In this document: positions 31,581 to 42,017 of the stretch, one piece after another
Numbering within the stretch: position 1 is the first letter of the stretch
How the letters are laid out: each line of letters begins with the position of its first letter
Source: an uncultured delta proteobacterium
GTDB lineage: Bacteria > Desulfobacterota > Binatia > UBA9968
Direction of reading: 5' to 3'
DNA: 64,000 bases
Assembly (NCBI GenBank): GCA_963840855.1
Contig: CAWJBB010000068.1
Span: 55,678-119,677 of the forward strand
The notes under the pieces: model-generated
The model's database searches: none
The model's input: the letters and a program-made list of their open reading frames with translations, nothing else
What the model was told of the DNA's origin: nothing
Translations under genes and position numbers: made by a program

Positions 31581-33740
31581 CGCACATCACCGCCCGTGAT
31601 TTCGGTTAAGAGTCCTTCCGTTTCTTTTTCCAACGCCAGGATGTCGGCGCGAATCTCCTCAAGCGATCCGGAGCGGCTGCGGTTTGTAGAAGTGGCGAGT
31701 GAAGGAGATTTCGTAGCCGACCTCGGTCTTGCTTTCATCGATCCACGCGTCGGGCGTGTAGGGCAACACTTCGCGGCGGATGAATGCTTCGATACCGCCT
31801 TCTTCGAGCAGCGGTACTTGCTCGGTATCGCGCAGTTCGGAGTCGGGCTCGTATTCGACAACTGCGGGCTTGCCGTCGACCGTGGCCGTGAATAGCCCGC
31901 GACAGTGGATCAGGCTCCACCTTGCCGGGTTTGTGGACTCTCGCAATCACCTCGCTTGCGTCTTCGTCACGCTCAGCAAGTACGGTCTGAAGGAGCTTCT
32001 TTCGTTTCGTGCTGAGTTTCACCCCGTGCTTGTCAGTGTCGCGCTCAACTGCGGCATAGAAGGCGTTGAAGTCAGTGTGAGGCCCTGACCCAATCGTTTC
32101 AGCTACACGATCCACGACGTTGGCGATTGGCTCCTCATCCGCCTCTATGCAGGCAGCTCCTCATCGCGGAAGGCGACGCCAGAGCTCGATGTCGTCACCG
32201 AGATCGACCTTCAGGCGCAGCGGCCGCTCGACCGTGACCTTCCAATAGCCGAAAGCTTCGTTCGGAAAGATCTTCGACTGCTCGGTTTCTTGAAAGGCGA
32301 GGAAATGTATCGCAGATGCGTTGGATATCGTCGTCCGACAGTTCGCAGTTTTTCTTGCCGAGGTTTTTGCGCAGCGGCTTGAACCATTGGGTTGCGTCGA
32401 TGAGTTGCACCTTGCCCTTGCGATGCTGCGCTTTGCGGTTGCTGATCACCCAGATGTAAGTCGCGATGCCGGTGTTGTAGAACATATTGAGCGGCAGAGC
32501 GACGATGGCTTCCAGCCAGTCTTTCTCGATAATCCAGCGACGGATGTTGCTCTCGCCCTGGCCGGCATCGCCGGTGAAGAGCGACGAGCCATTGTGGACT
32601 TCGGCGATGCGGCTGCCGAGCGGCGTGCCGTGCTTCATCTTCGACAGCATGTTCGCCAGGAAGAGCATTTGCCCGTCACTCGAACGGGTGATGAGGGAAT
32701 ATTCGGGGTCGCCGGCGTGCTCGATGATGAAACGAGGGTCCTTGATACCATCCTTGCCGCCCATGCGTTCGAGATCGCTCTTCCAGCTTTTGCCGTAGGG
32801 CGGGTTGGAAAGCATAAAGTCGAACTCGCGCGAGGGAAAGGCGTCGTTGGAAAGCGTGGAATGCTCGGGGCCGCCAACGATGTTGTCCGCCGCCTCGCCT
32901 TCGCCTTTCAGCAGCAGATCGGCCTTGCAGATCGCATAGGTCTCGGCATTGATCTCTTGACCGTAAAGGTGCGTGGCGACTTCCTTGCCGTGTTCCTTCG
33001 CGAGCTGCTGGAGGGTCTCCTCGCCCACGGTTAGCATGCCGCCGGTGCCGCAGGCACCGTCGTAAAGCAGATAAGTGCCTGACTCGATTCGATCGGCGAT
33101 AGGCAGGAATATCAGCTTCGCCATGAGCCGCACCGCATCGCGCGGCGTCCAGTGCTCCCCGGCTTCTTCGTTGTTTTCCTCGTTGAAGCTTCGAACGAGT
33201 TCCTCGAAAATCGATCCCATCGCATGGTTATCGAGGCCAGGATGCTTCAGTGAGCCGTCGTTATTGAGCGACAGGGTTGGGGCTCAGGTTGATTGAAGGA
33301 TCAAGAAACTTCTCGATGAGTGTGCCGAGTGCATCGGCCTTAGAGAGGCGCGGTATCTGGTTGCGAAACTCGAAGTTGTCGAAGATCTCCTGGACGTTGG
33401 GCGAATAGCCATCGAGATAGGCTTCGAAGTCGGCCTTGAGCTGCTGCTGGCTCGCGCGGGCGCGAAGGTCGCGAAGCGTAAACTTCGACGTGTTGTAGAA
33501 AGACTGGCCGGCTGCCTGCCGAAGCGCTTGATCCTGGTTTGTGATCCCGGCCTTGTCGAGCCTGGTCTTCATATCCAGCACGGCCTGCTTGGTTGGCTCC
33601 AAGACCGCGTCAAGACGCCGCAAAACCGTCATCGGCAGGATCACATCGCGATACTTGCCCCGCACGTAGAGATCGCGGAGCACATCGTCCGCAATACCCC
33701 AGATGAAATTCGTAATCCAGTTCAGGTCACCGTTACTCAT
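31577..33740 (-). CDS. hsdM: Type I RM m6A methyltransferase; frameshifted
   Basis: FIWGIADDVLRD, EAGEHWTPR, YDGACGTGGML, SNPPY, GYEISFTRHFY..LEEIRADILALE. Confidence 0.92.
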
Positions 33741-33899
33741 GTACAAATCAACCTCGGAATTTCCGCGGATTCTATTCGATTTGCCAGCCGGGGGGCAAGC
33801 AGGCTTTGTGTAGTTTAGTGATAGTTGTTAGTGTTTAGTGATAGTGGTAGAGGATAGAGGTTTTTTGCTACGAGCGCGATAAGGGATACGGATAAAAAA

Positions 33900-35064
33900 A
33901 GGTGGAGATAAGATTAAGTGGGAAGTTAGATATATAAGCTAAATAAGTTGAGGTAAGAATAATAGGAAAATAGGAGATTTTTTTAGTTTTATGGGGTAAA
34001 TTATAGCAAGAAGATAAACTTCTAAAGGTTTGAGAGGGTTTTATTGAAGGCGGGAGACGATAAGAGTAACTAGGTATAAGTAGTAGGTAGAGACAAAGAA
34101 ATCGCTTTTTTAGTAGCTATTATGTATAAGAAGAGAGGAACGAGCGGACTTTCCCAGCGTTGAATTCGTGCGGATGTCTTCAAACATGCTCAGTAATTTT
34201 TAGCTGTGTAGCTAGCCTAGTTAGAGAGATTTAAGAAACAAGAGTAAAATAGAATTTGAGATAGATTTCGAAGAATAGGTAATAGGTAAGAATAAGATGG
34301 AGAGATGAGTAATAAGTTTAGATGATGTTGCTTGAAAAAAGATTTAGATAGAGAAGGGGCTGTGAGTATGCTCTAGGTGCATAGTACGAACGTAATCAGA
34401 AGCCTGCGCAAACGTCCGTTTCCGTCCAGGAAGGGATGAATGGTTTCAAATTGCGCATGAGTGAGCCCGGCTTTGACCAGGATGGCGTTGACACTGGGTA
34501 GTTATGCAGAAACTTTTCCAGAGCCCCTTGACGGCATCACTTCATCCACGGGAGGTGGCACATAAAAAGCATTTCCCGGTCTAGTGCCGCCAATCCAATT
34601 CTGCGAGCGGCGGAATTCTCCCGGTTCTTTTTCACTTCTCGGGTCTCTTTCATGAGTATGGCGTGTATCTCCTTGAACAGGCGCAAGCTCAACGGGAGCT
34701 CATTCCGTAGACGCTCCAATCCGTGATACATTGAGGCGACGTAATGTGAAACCTCCTGAACATCTGACAACGGCACGCTGGAGCTCTTTGTTTCGACAGG
34801 AGCAAATCCGAAAGCGATGATTGTGTGCCTTCGATTTGGAGGAAAACACCGCTTCCTTGCGCAAGTACGTATACAGAAAGATTGTGGATCGGGCAGCAAA
34901 GCGAGGCGCTTTCAAGACGCCCTAAAGACTCGATTGCCTGATCTTGGAGTTTGTGAAGCTCAAGATCGTATTGGATCGGCGGATCAGGGTAAAGGCGCAG
35001 GATAGAAAGAGGCAAAACCCTCGGGTTACCGCTGCTTGATCCATTTACCAGCGAGACCGGTCAT
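33900..35064 (-). CDS. Fic family protein; heavily corrupted sequence, 3' end approximate
   Basis: Minus strand [16 protein letters not shown] near 34413-34460; fragments [41 protein letters not shown]. Confidence 0.75.
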
Positions 35065-35068
35065 ATCA

Positions 35069-35151
35069 TTATTAAGCGATACGTTACTCATTTTGAGGTT
35101 ATTAAACGATAAGGATGTTTCGTTTAATAAGCACTGAGCTTATTTAACGAT
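35069..35151. promoter_or_regulatory. Four-copy operator-like array TTATTAAACGAT upstream of fic
   Basis: Copies at 35069-80, 35099-110, 35120-130 (inverted) and 35140-151. Confidence 0.65.
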
Positions 35152-35232
35152 CCCTATCGGCGCGGCCTTCCAAGGCCATGATCTTCCCCAACTTGAAAGT
35201 TCCGAGCACCGAGGCTAAGACTAAATCACCCG

Positions 35233-35851
35233 ATGGCAACACTGCTTTACCAAGATCTCGGGAGAATGGAGTATCAGGCGGCGGTCGCGCTGCAAGAGAA
35301 GCTTGTTGTGCTGCGGCAGCAAGAGCTCGCCGGTGACACCTTGCTCTTCGTCGAGCACCCGCATGTCTATACTTTGGGTCGCGGCGGCAAAGCGGCGAAT
35401 GTGCTCGCGCCGAAAGACGTCCCGGTCTATCGCACCAGCCGGGGCGGCGACGTGACCTATCATGGCCCCGGGCAACTAGTCGTTTATCCGATCATCGACC
35501 TAAGATCGAAGCTGCGCAAAGATGTGCATCGGTACGTAAGAAATTTGGAACAGAGCGCAATCTTAACCTTGGCGGATTTCGGCATTGCCGCGGTGCGCCG
35601 CCCGCCGTACACCGGGATTTGGATCGACGACAGAAAAATCGCCGCCATCGGCGTCGCCGTGCGCCGCTGTGTGACGTATCATGGCCTTGCCTTGAACGTA
35701 AATTCAGACCTGTCTTACTTTCAGCGCATCGTCCCCTGTGGGCTTGCCTGGGCCGACGTGACCTCGATGGCTAAGGAACTTGGTCGTGCGCAGAATCATG
35801 GCGGAGGTTAGAAAACGATTTCTCCACCATTTCGCTGAACTGTTCGGCTAA
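35233..35851 (+). CDS. lipB: Octanoyltransferase LipB; frameshift near the C-terminus
   Basis: EHPHVYTLG, RGGDVTYHGPGQLV.YP, KIAAIG, HGLALN, IVPCG. Confidence 0.95.
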
Positions 35852-35921
35852 TGCGGATATTAAGCGAAGAGGCAGATCGACGATCGCGCGCTCATCGACG
35901 AGTCTCGATGAACAGTTCGGC

Positions 35922-35957
35922 GATTTGAACGCTTTGAACGGCTTGAACGATTTGAAC
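35922..35957 (+). repeat. 4 x 9-mer gntttgaac immediately before lipA
   Basis: gatttgaac gctttgaac ggcttgaac gatttgaac. Confidence 0.8.
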
Positions 35958-35958
35958 C

Positions 35959-36807
35959 ATGCCTCGCAGACATCCCGACTGGATTAAAGTCAAAGCCCCC
36001 GGAGATCCCAATTATCTCCGGTTGAAACGGCTGATGCGGGAGAAAAACCTCCATACGGTTTGCGAAGAGGCGCGCTGCCCGAACATCGGCGAGTGCTGGG
36101 GCAATAAAACCGCGACGTTTTTAATTCTCGGCGACACCTGCACCCGCGGCTGCCGCTTTTGCGCCATCGACAAGGGCAAACCACTGGCCCTCGACCCCGA
36201 AGAGCCGCGCAACGTCGGGCTGGTCGTGAAAGACCTCGCTCTCGATCATATCGTCGTCACGTCGGTGAACCGCGACGATCTGCCGGACGGCGGCGCGGCT
36301 CATTTTGCCAAGACCGTCTTCTGGATCAAGACACTGAATCCTGGCATTCGCGTCGAGCTGCTGATTCCCGATTTCGAAGGCAACCGCGATGCTTTGAAAA
36401 CCGTCGTTGAGTCCGGAATCGAAATTCTTAACCACAACATAGAAACCGTCCCGCGCCTGTATGGCAAGGTCCGCCCGGGTCACAGCTACGAGTGCTCTTT
36501 GATTATTCTGAAAGAAGCGAAAAGATTGCGCGACGACATGCTCACCAAATCCGGCTTCATGCTCGGCGTCGGTGAAACCTCCGACGAAGTCATGTCGACT
36601 CTTGGCGACTTGCGTGCGCACGGCGTCGACATCGTTACCATTGGGCAATATTTGCAACCATCCAATCGCCAACTCAAAGTCGAACGCTACGTGACTCCGG
36701 ACGAATTTCGAGAATTCAAATCGAAAGCAGACAAACTCGGCTTCCGCCACGTCGAATCCGGCCCCCTGGTTCGCAGCTCCTATCACGCCTGGAGCCATGT
36801 CAATTGA
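35959..36807 (+). CDS. lipA: Lipoyl synthase
   Basis: CEEARCPNIGEC, CTRGCRFC, RSSY. Confidence 0.98.
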   Translation: MPRRHPDWIKVKAPGDPNYLRLKRLMREKNLHTVCEEARCPNIGECWGNKTATFLILGDTCTRGCRFCAIDKGKPLALDPEEPRNVGLVVKDLALDHIVVTSVNRDDLPDGGAAHFAKTVFWIKTLNPGIRVELLIPDFEGNRDALKTVVESGIEILNHNIETVPRLYGKVRPGHSYECSLIILKEAKRLRDDMLTKSGFMLGVGETSDEVMSTLGDLRAHGVDIVTIGQYLQPSNRQLKVERYVTPDEFREFKSKADKLGFRHVESGPLVRSSYHAWSHVN

Positions 36808-36875
36808 AGTCGAGGATAGAGGATCGATGTTGGAGGATAGAATTTTACGATCTTCGATCTTCCATCCGCTATCTC
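36806..36875. repeat. 7-mer tandem-array hairpin (ggataga / cgatctt)
   Basis: ggataga ggatcga tgttgga ggataga ... cgatctt cgatctt ccatccg ctatctc. Confidence 0.7.
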
Positions 36876-36920
36876 AGCTGATCAAGACGAGTCGATGTAA
36901 ATCCCAAGAGGAGGAGTACC

Positions 36921-37286
36921 ATGAAAGTATTACGCATGCGTTCGTGGAATTTTCATGCGGAGAATCTCGACGATATGGCGCGTTTTTATCAGGCCGCGCT
37001 GGGCGCGGAAATCACCGCCCAACAGACCATTGCGGGAGTCAAAGTCATCCGCTTGCGCGCCGGAGAGACCGGACTCGGTTTCTTTGATGCCGCGGAAAAA
37101 CGCGCGCCAGGCGTGCCGCATCATACCTTTGACATCGAAGGGCCTGACGATCCGCAGGAGCTTATCAAGCAGCTCGAGAGCAAGGGCATCAAGAGCGACG
37201 GCATGCGTGTGCACGGCCAAGGTCCCGGCTACTCGGTTTATGTTATCGATCCCAGCGGCAATCGGCTGGAACTTTCCAAGGATTAA
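36921..37286 (+). CDS. VOC/glyoxalase family protein
   Basis: FY..ALG, HHTF, SVYVIDPSGNRLEL; SD gaggag. Confidence 0.88.
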   Translation: MKVLRMRSWNFHAENLDDMARFYQAALGAEITAQQTIAGVKVIRLRAGETGLGFFDAAEKRAPGVPHHTFDIEGPDDPQELIKQLESKGIKSDGMRVHGQGPGYSVYVIDPSGNRLELSKD

Positions 37287-37289
37287 CCG

Positions 37290-37387
37290 GTTCAAGGTTC
37301 AACGTTCAAGGTTCAAAGTTAGGGCCTGCGCATACGCGGTTGATAATTGGTCGGAATACCTTGAACATTGAACTTTGAACTTTGAAC
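37290..37387. repeat. 7-mer hairpin element (GTTCAAN)4..(NTTGAAC)4; inverted near-copy at 53848-53946
   Basis: Direct comparison of the two loci, including the spacer. Confidence 0.85.
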
Positions 37388-37427
37388 GACACACGAAGTG
37401 TGATCCCCGCCGCGCGGAATCCGCCGC

Positions 37428-37457
37428 TTGACATGGCCGGCACGCATTAGATAGCGT
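37428..37457 (+). promoter_or_regulatory. Putative sigma70 promoter
   Basis: TTGACA-N18-TAGCGT, 11 nt before the ATG. Confidence 0.5.
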
Positions 37458-37468
37458 GCCCGCATACT

Positions 37469-38653
37469 ATGCCTGGACGCCCCTTTCTCCAAATTCCCGG
37501 TCCGAGCATCGTGCCGGAGCGCGTCGTTCGGGCGATGTCTCAGCCTCTGATCGATCATCGAGGGCCGGAATTTGCCGTTCTCCTGCGCGAAGTCTTAATT
37601 GGACTCAAAGTCCTCTTTCAAACCAGCAAAGGTCATGTGCTCCTTTTCCCCGGCTCCGGTACTGGAGGATGGGAGTGCTGTATTGTCAATACGCTTTCGC
37701 CCGGGGACCAGGTGTTGGGTTGTGTGAATGGTCACTTCAGCGATTTGTTTTGCCGCACAGCAACGTCCCATGGTATCGAAGTCCAGCGATTGGAAGTCGA
37801 ATACGGCGCCGGAGTGCCGGCGGACGCAATCGAGGAGCGCCTGCGTCGGGACCTGGACCGCCAAATCAAGGCGGTTCTAGTGGTCCAAACGGAAACCTCC
37901 ACAGGGGTGACCAGCAGCTTGGCAGCCGTACGTAAAGCCATCGACGCTGCGGGGCACCCGGCACTGCTGCTGGCCGATGTGGTTAGCTCCCTGGGCTGCA
38001 CGGACTTGCGCTTCGATGAGTGGAAACTCGACGTCGCCCTCACTGCGTCGCAAAAAGGGCTTATGCTGCCGCCGGGCATGGCGCTTCTAGCCGTGAGCGA
38101 AAAAGCGCTCATGGCGAACCGATCAGCCAAGTGCGCGCGCTCGTTCTGGGATTGGCAGGCGGTTTTGGAAAGCAATGCCGAGGGTCATTACCCTTACACC
38201 CCTGCGACCGCCTTATTATTCGGTCTAAGCGAGAGCCTTAAAATGCTCTTTGAAGAAGGACTGGAAAATGTCTTCAAGCGCCACGCGCGGCTGGCCGGCG
38301 CCTGCCGCAAAGCGATCGAAGCGATGACTCTGAAACTGTTCGCGCAAAACGCCGCGAACTATTCCAGCACGCTGACCGCTGTGGCGATGCCCCAAGGGCT
38401 GGACTCCGACGCGTTCATTGATCATACGCTGAAGCTTGTCAATCTCCCCCTCGGCAAGGGTCTGGGCAAAGCAAAAGGAAAACTCTTCCGCATCGGACAC
38501 CTCGGGAGTTTCAACGAGCTGGAACTGCTGGCTGTCTTGGGCGGAGTCGAGATGGCGCTGAAAAGTTTCGGCGTGACGTTACCGCTCGGCGCCGGCCTCG
38601 CGGCCGCTGAAACTTATCTCTTGGAAACCACAAATTATCGTTTGCCCTTATGA
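37469..38653 (+). CDS. Class V aminotransferase (serine/alanine-glyoxylate aminotransferase-like)
   Basis: FLQIPGP, DHRGPEF, GSGTGGWE, ETSTGV, SQKGLMLPPG, FRIGHLG. Confidence 0.92.
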   Translation: MPGRPFLQIPGPSIVPERVVRAMSQPLIDHRGPEFAVLLREVLIGLKVLFQTSKGHVLLFPGSGTGGWECCIVNTLSPGDQVLGCVNGHFSDLFCRTATSHGIEVQRLEVEYGAGVPADAIEERLRRDLDRQIKAVLVVQTETSTGVTSSLAAVRKAIDAAGHPALLLADVVSSLGCTDLRFDEWKLDVALTASQKGLMLPPGMALLAVSEKALMANRSAKCARSFWDWQAVLESNAEGHYPYTPATALLFGLSESLKMLFEEGLENVFKRHARLAGACRKAIEAMTLKLFAQNAANYSSTLTAVAMPQGLDSDAFIDHTLKLVNLPLGKGLGKAKGKLFRIGHLGSFNELELLAVLGGVEMALKSFGVTLPLGAGLAAAETYLLETTNYRLPL

Positions 38654-39462
38654 AAATCGATCCCAAAAAGTGTGTTGCCTGCGGCAATTGCTTGCCGGTC
38701 TGTCCGATGGGCGCGATTTACATCGACCCATCGGCGAACCGGGCGCGCATCAACGCGGACGAATGCGTGGAATGCTTTACTTGCCACCGCGGCATGTCGA
38801 AGGAGCACCTGAATCCCGTTTTTGTGCGCGCGATCCGAAGGACGGCCCAGTTCTTTCGCTTTCGCTTCGACCCGGAGCCCGACATCTGTCCCACCGACGC
38901 CATCGTGCCGGAAGAGCTGAGCTGGCCGCGGGTCGTGCGCCGGGCGTTCTCCGATCCTCAGGTGCCGCATGAATCCACCGGCATCCACGGGCGCGGCACC
39001 GCGGAGGTCAAGACCAACGATGTCACTGGTAGAGTGAAGGAAGGCGAAGCCGGATTCGTCATCGAGTTCGGCCGGCCGGGCGTCGGTGCGCGCTTTCGCG
39101 ACATCGAGCGGATCACCCGCGCCTTGGCCGAGTTGGGCGTCGAATTTGAAAGCAACAATCCCGTCACCTCGCTCATGAGCGACCCGGCGCGCGGTGTGAT
39201 CCGCGCAGAGATCCTCAACGAGAAGATTCTTTCGGCCATCGTCGAGATCAAAGCCAAACTGGATAAGGTGCCTTCGGTCTTGGCGAAAGTGAAAGAACTT
39301 TCCCGCCAAGTGGAGACGGTGATCAGCGTCGGCGTCTCGACCCGCTGCGACAGCGCGGGGGAAGAGCCGCTGCAGGACATCCTGGAGCGGGAAGGCTATC
39401 CCACTTATCGAGGGAAAACTAATTTGGGATTGGGACAAGCCACAATGCAAAATTTAAAATGA
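38650..39462 (+). CDS. 4Fe-4S dicluster protein with uncharacterised C-terminal domain
   Basis: CVACGNCLPVCP and CVECFTC...ICP; GRGTAEVKTNDVTGR. Confidence 0.8.
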   Translation: MKIDPKKCVACGNCLPVCPMGAIYIDPSANRARINADECVECFTCHRGMSKEHLNPVFVRAIRRTAQFFRFRFDPEPDICPTDAIVPEELSWPRVVRRAFSDPQVPHESTGIHGRGTAEVKTNDVTGRVKEGEAGFVIEFGRPGVGARFRDIERITRALAELGVEFESNNPVTSLMSDPARGVIRAEILNEKILSAIVEIKAKLDKVPSVLAKVKELSRQVETVISVGVSTRCDSAGEEPLQDILEREGYPTYRGKTNLGLGQATMQNLK

Positions 39463-39550
39463 AAATTGAAAGTGCAAGGCAAAGAGCGGAGAATGCTGTC
39501 TCACAGCACTATCAGTCATTTTATATTTTGCAATTTCCAATTTGCATTCC
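39444..39550. repeat. 7-mer hairpin element (aatgcaa / catttt family)
   Basis: aatgcaa aatttaa aatgaaa attgaaa ... catttta tattttg caatttc caatttg. Confidence 0.75.
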
Positions 39551-39557
39551 ATAAACG

Positions 39558-40262
39558 ATGACTAACACGCTGCACCGCTACAGCGAGCACTACGCATTCG
39601 AGAGGCCGCCGAACCCAGAGCCGGTTGAGGATGACTTCATCGTTTTCGCCATGGCGAGCCGCGGCATCAACGATGACGACCTTGTCGAGAAGTATCGCGC
39701 CTTCTTGCGCCTGGCGCTGAAGTATCATCCGGTAAACCTCGGCGACGCCACCAAAGGCGGCATGCTCCGCCCGCGACAGGATTTGAATCCGAAAGCCCAC
39801 TGGCGGCGCGATCATCGACCCAATCCTGAAGCGGTGATCGCGGGCATCGAGGGGCACACCACGGTGGCGGCGGTCTTTGACGATTATCAGGACATGAAAG
39901 CGTTTGTCGACGCCGTACGCGGAGCCAAGCTCGGCATTTCGGTCAACATTAGCGCGCCCATCGACCAAGCGGCGCGTTGCTGCCGCGAGAACGGAATCAC
40001 ACGTCACAGCGTCGAGTACTCCCTGGGCTTTTGCGGGCGAGTCGACCGCTTGCCGGACGCCACAGTCCTCGAGCTCACGACGATGTGCGGGCATGGCATG
40101 GTCTCAGCCAACTTCGCCAAAAAAATGATCGATTGGGTCAAGGAGAACCGGCGCAGCGCCGCGGCGGCGGCACGCACGATGGCGCGCTTCTGTAGCTGCG
40201 GCGTTTTCAACATCAGTAGAGCGGAAAGCATCCTGAACGAGGCACGGACAAAGAACCGCTAA
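39558..40262 (+). CDS. Hypothetical Cys-motif protein, likely partner of the Fe-S protein
   Basis: MTNTLHR, HSVEYSLG, TMCGHGMVS, CSCGVFN. Confidence 0.75.
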   Translation: MTNTLHRYSEHYAFERPPNPEPVEDDFIVFAMASRGINDDDLVEKYRAFLRLALKYHPVNLGDATKGGMLRPRQDLNPKAHWRRDHRPNPEAVIAGIEGHTTVAAVFDDYQDMKAFVDAVRGAKLGISVNISAPIDQAARCCRENGITRHSVEYSLGFCGRVDRLPDATVLELTTMCGHGMVSANFAKKMIDWVKENRRSAAAAARTMARFCSCGVFNISRAESILNEARTKNR

Positions 40263-40394
40263 GACCGCCTCCTGTCACCCCTAACCTCGCTTCACGACCG
40301 GTCGCCGACTTGGCTAATCTCTTGGTTATTGGTTTGCCGCAGGGATACCAACGCGCGGCCGCATATAATTCCCTCCCGTCGCCCGCAGTTTAAC

Positions 40395-41927
40395 TCAGCT
40401 GGGACCGGAACCAAGCCTGGCTTCCTGCCCGGTCGCACTCCGGCGCCTCCACAACCAGCGAAGCACTGGGCTCAGGTACGCCAGCAAAGCAGCACCCATG
40501 AACAAGGCGGAGATCGGTCGTGACACGAAAATGACCGGACTGCCTCCGGAAAGCATTAGGGCCTGCCTCAGGGAGTTTTCCGACAGCTTTCCCAGGACCA
40601 GGGCCAGGATCAAGGGCACAATCGGATACTTGAGCTTGATCATGACGTAGGCCAGCAGGGCGAAACCAAGCATCATCCAGACGTCGAAAAGGCTGTTATT
40701 GACGCTGAAGGCCCCGACGGTTGCGAAAACAACGATGAGGCCCATCATGATCGAGTAGGGGATGCGCAGCATCACTACAAAGATCGGGATCAGAAAGATG
40801 TTCATGACCAGCAACAGAAAATTGCCGACATACATACTGGCGATGAGTCCCCACACAAGGTTTGCATGCTGCGTGAAAAGCAGAGGACCGGGGCGAATGC
40901 CCCACATCATGAAGCCTGCCAACATGACGGCCGTGGTGGCGGATCCGGGAATCCCCAGCGCCAGCAAGGGAGCAAAGCCGCTAATGGAGGCCGCGTTGTT
41001 CGCGGATTCCGGTGCAGCCACCCCTTCGATCGCTCCTCGCCCGAATCGCTCGGGATGTTTGGCGTACCGCTTCTCCGTCAGGTAGGCGATGAACGATGCG
41101 GTCGTGATGCCTCCCGCGGGGATCATTCCGATCACGAATCCAATGACGCTGCCCCGCACGATCGCCCAGCGCGAGGCAACCCAGTCCTCCCAGGTCAGAA
41201 ACATATCGCGCAGTCGCAGTTTGCCTTTGATCGTCTCTCGCTCGTCTTGGAGTTGCTCGATGCTATTGAACACCTCGGCGAGGCCGAACATCCCGCAGAT
41301 GAGAACGATGAAATCGAAGCCCCCGAGCAATTGCGGGACGCCAAAGGCAAACCGCGGCATTCCGCTCACCACGTCGAGGCCAACGGTCGTTAGGAGCAAG
41401 CCAAGCATCGTGGAGATGATGACCTTGAACGGGTTCTCCCCACCGAACACCGTCAGGAGGCCGAAAGCCATCAACGTGAGGGCGAAAAATTCGGCGGGCC
41501 CGAAGCGGAGGGCAAAGTTCGCTAGGGCCGGAGCAAAGGCCATCAGCAGGACTATGGAACCGGTTCCCGCAATCCATGAGCCGATGGCGGCCACCGACAG
41601 GGCGGCACCCGCTCGACCCTGCAAGGCCATCTGATAGCCGTCGAGGCACGTCATCACCGTCGAGGATTCTCCGGGCACGTTGATCAGGACCGAGGTTATA
41701 GTACCCCCGTAAGCAACCCCGTAGTAGATCCCCGCGAACATGATAATGGCCGAGGTTGGATTAATCGTGAAGGTCAGAGGAAGCAGGAGCGCAATGGCGG
41801 TCGGCGCGCCAATGCCGGGCAGGACGCCGATCAGCTGCCCCAAGAACACGCCGAAGCCGCAATACAGAATGTTCTGGAAGGTGAGGGCGACGGCAAATCC
41901 GTTATAGAGATTGTGAAAGAGTTCCAT
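40395..41927 (-). CDS. tctA: Tripartite tricarboxylate transporter TctA
   Basis: IGVLPGIG, YGGTITSVLINVPGE, GVAAPESANNA. Confidence 0.95.
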   Translation of the reverse strand: MELFHNLYNGFAVALTFQNILYCGFGVFLGQLIGVLPGIGAPTAIALLLPLTFTINPTSAIIMFAGIYYGVAYGGTITSVLINVPGESSTVMTCLDGYQMALQGRAGAALSVAAIGSWIAGTGSIVLLMAFAPALANFALRFGPAEFFALTLMAFGLLTVFGGENPFKVIISTMLGLLLTTVGLDVVSGMPRFAFGVPQLLGGFDFIVLICGMFGLAEVFNSIEQLQDERETIKGKLRLRDMFLTWEDWVASRWAIVRGSVIGFVIGMIPAGGITTASFIAYLTEKRYAKHPERFGRGAIEGVAAPESANNAASISGFAPLLALGIPGSATTAVMLAGFMMWGIRPGPLLFTQHANLVWGLIASMYVGNFLLLVMNIFLIPIFVVMLRIPYSIMMGLIVVFATVGAFSVNNSLFDVWMMLGFALLAYVMIKLKYPIVPLILALVLGKLSENSLRQALMLSGGSPVIFVSRPISALFMGAALLAYLSPVLRWLWRRRSATGQEARLGSGPS

Positions 41928-42017
41928 GCGTGTTGCCCTGTACCTGCACCCGATTTACTGTTCCATCGGATGGTGGCGTTTCACCTTCTGATGCCATGGC
42001 AGCACGCAGGTAATCTC

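Noticed and set aside
33800-34375. AT-rich foreign insertion or replication origin
   Set aside because: Residual Fic coding signal runs through it, and the bias is loss of one base rather than general AT richness
25950-35200. Integrative element or prophage carrying the RM genes
   Set aside because: No integrase, tRNA target or flanking direct repeat was found by eye
37290-37387. CRISPR array interpretation of the short repeats
   Set aside because: Units are 7-9 bp with no unique spacers, and no cas genes are present
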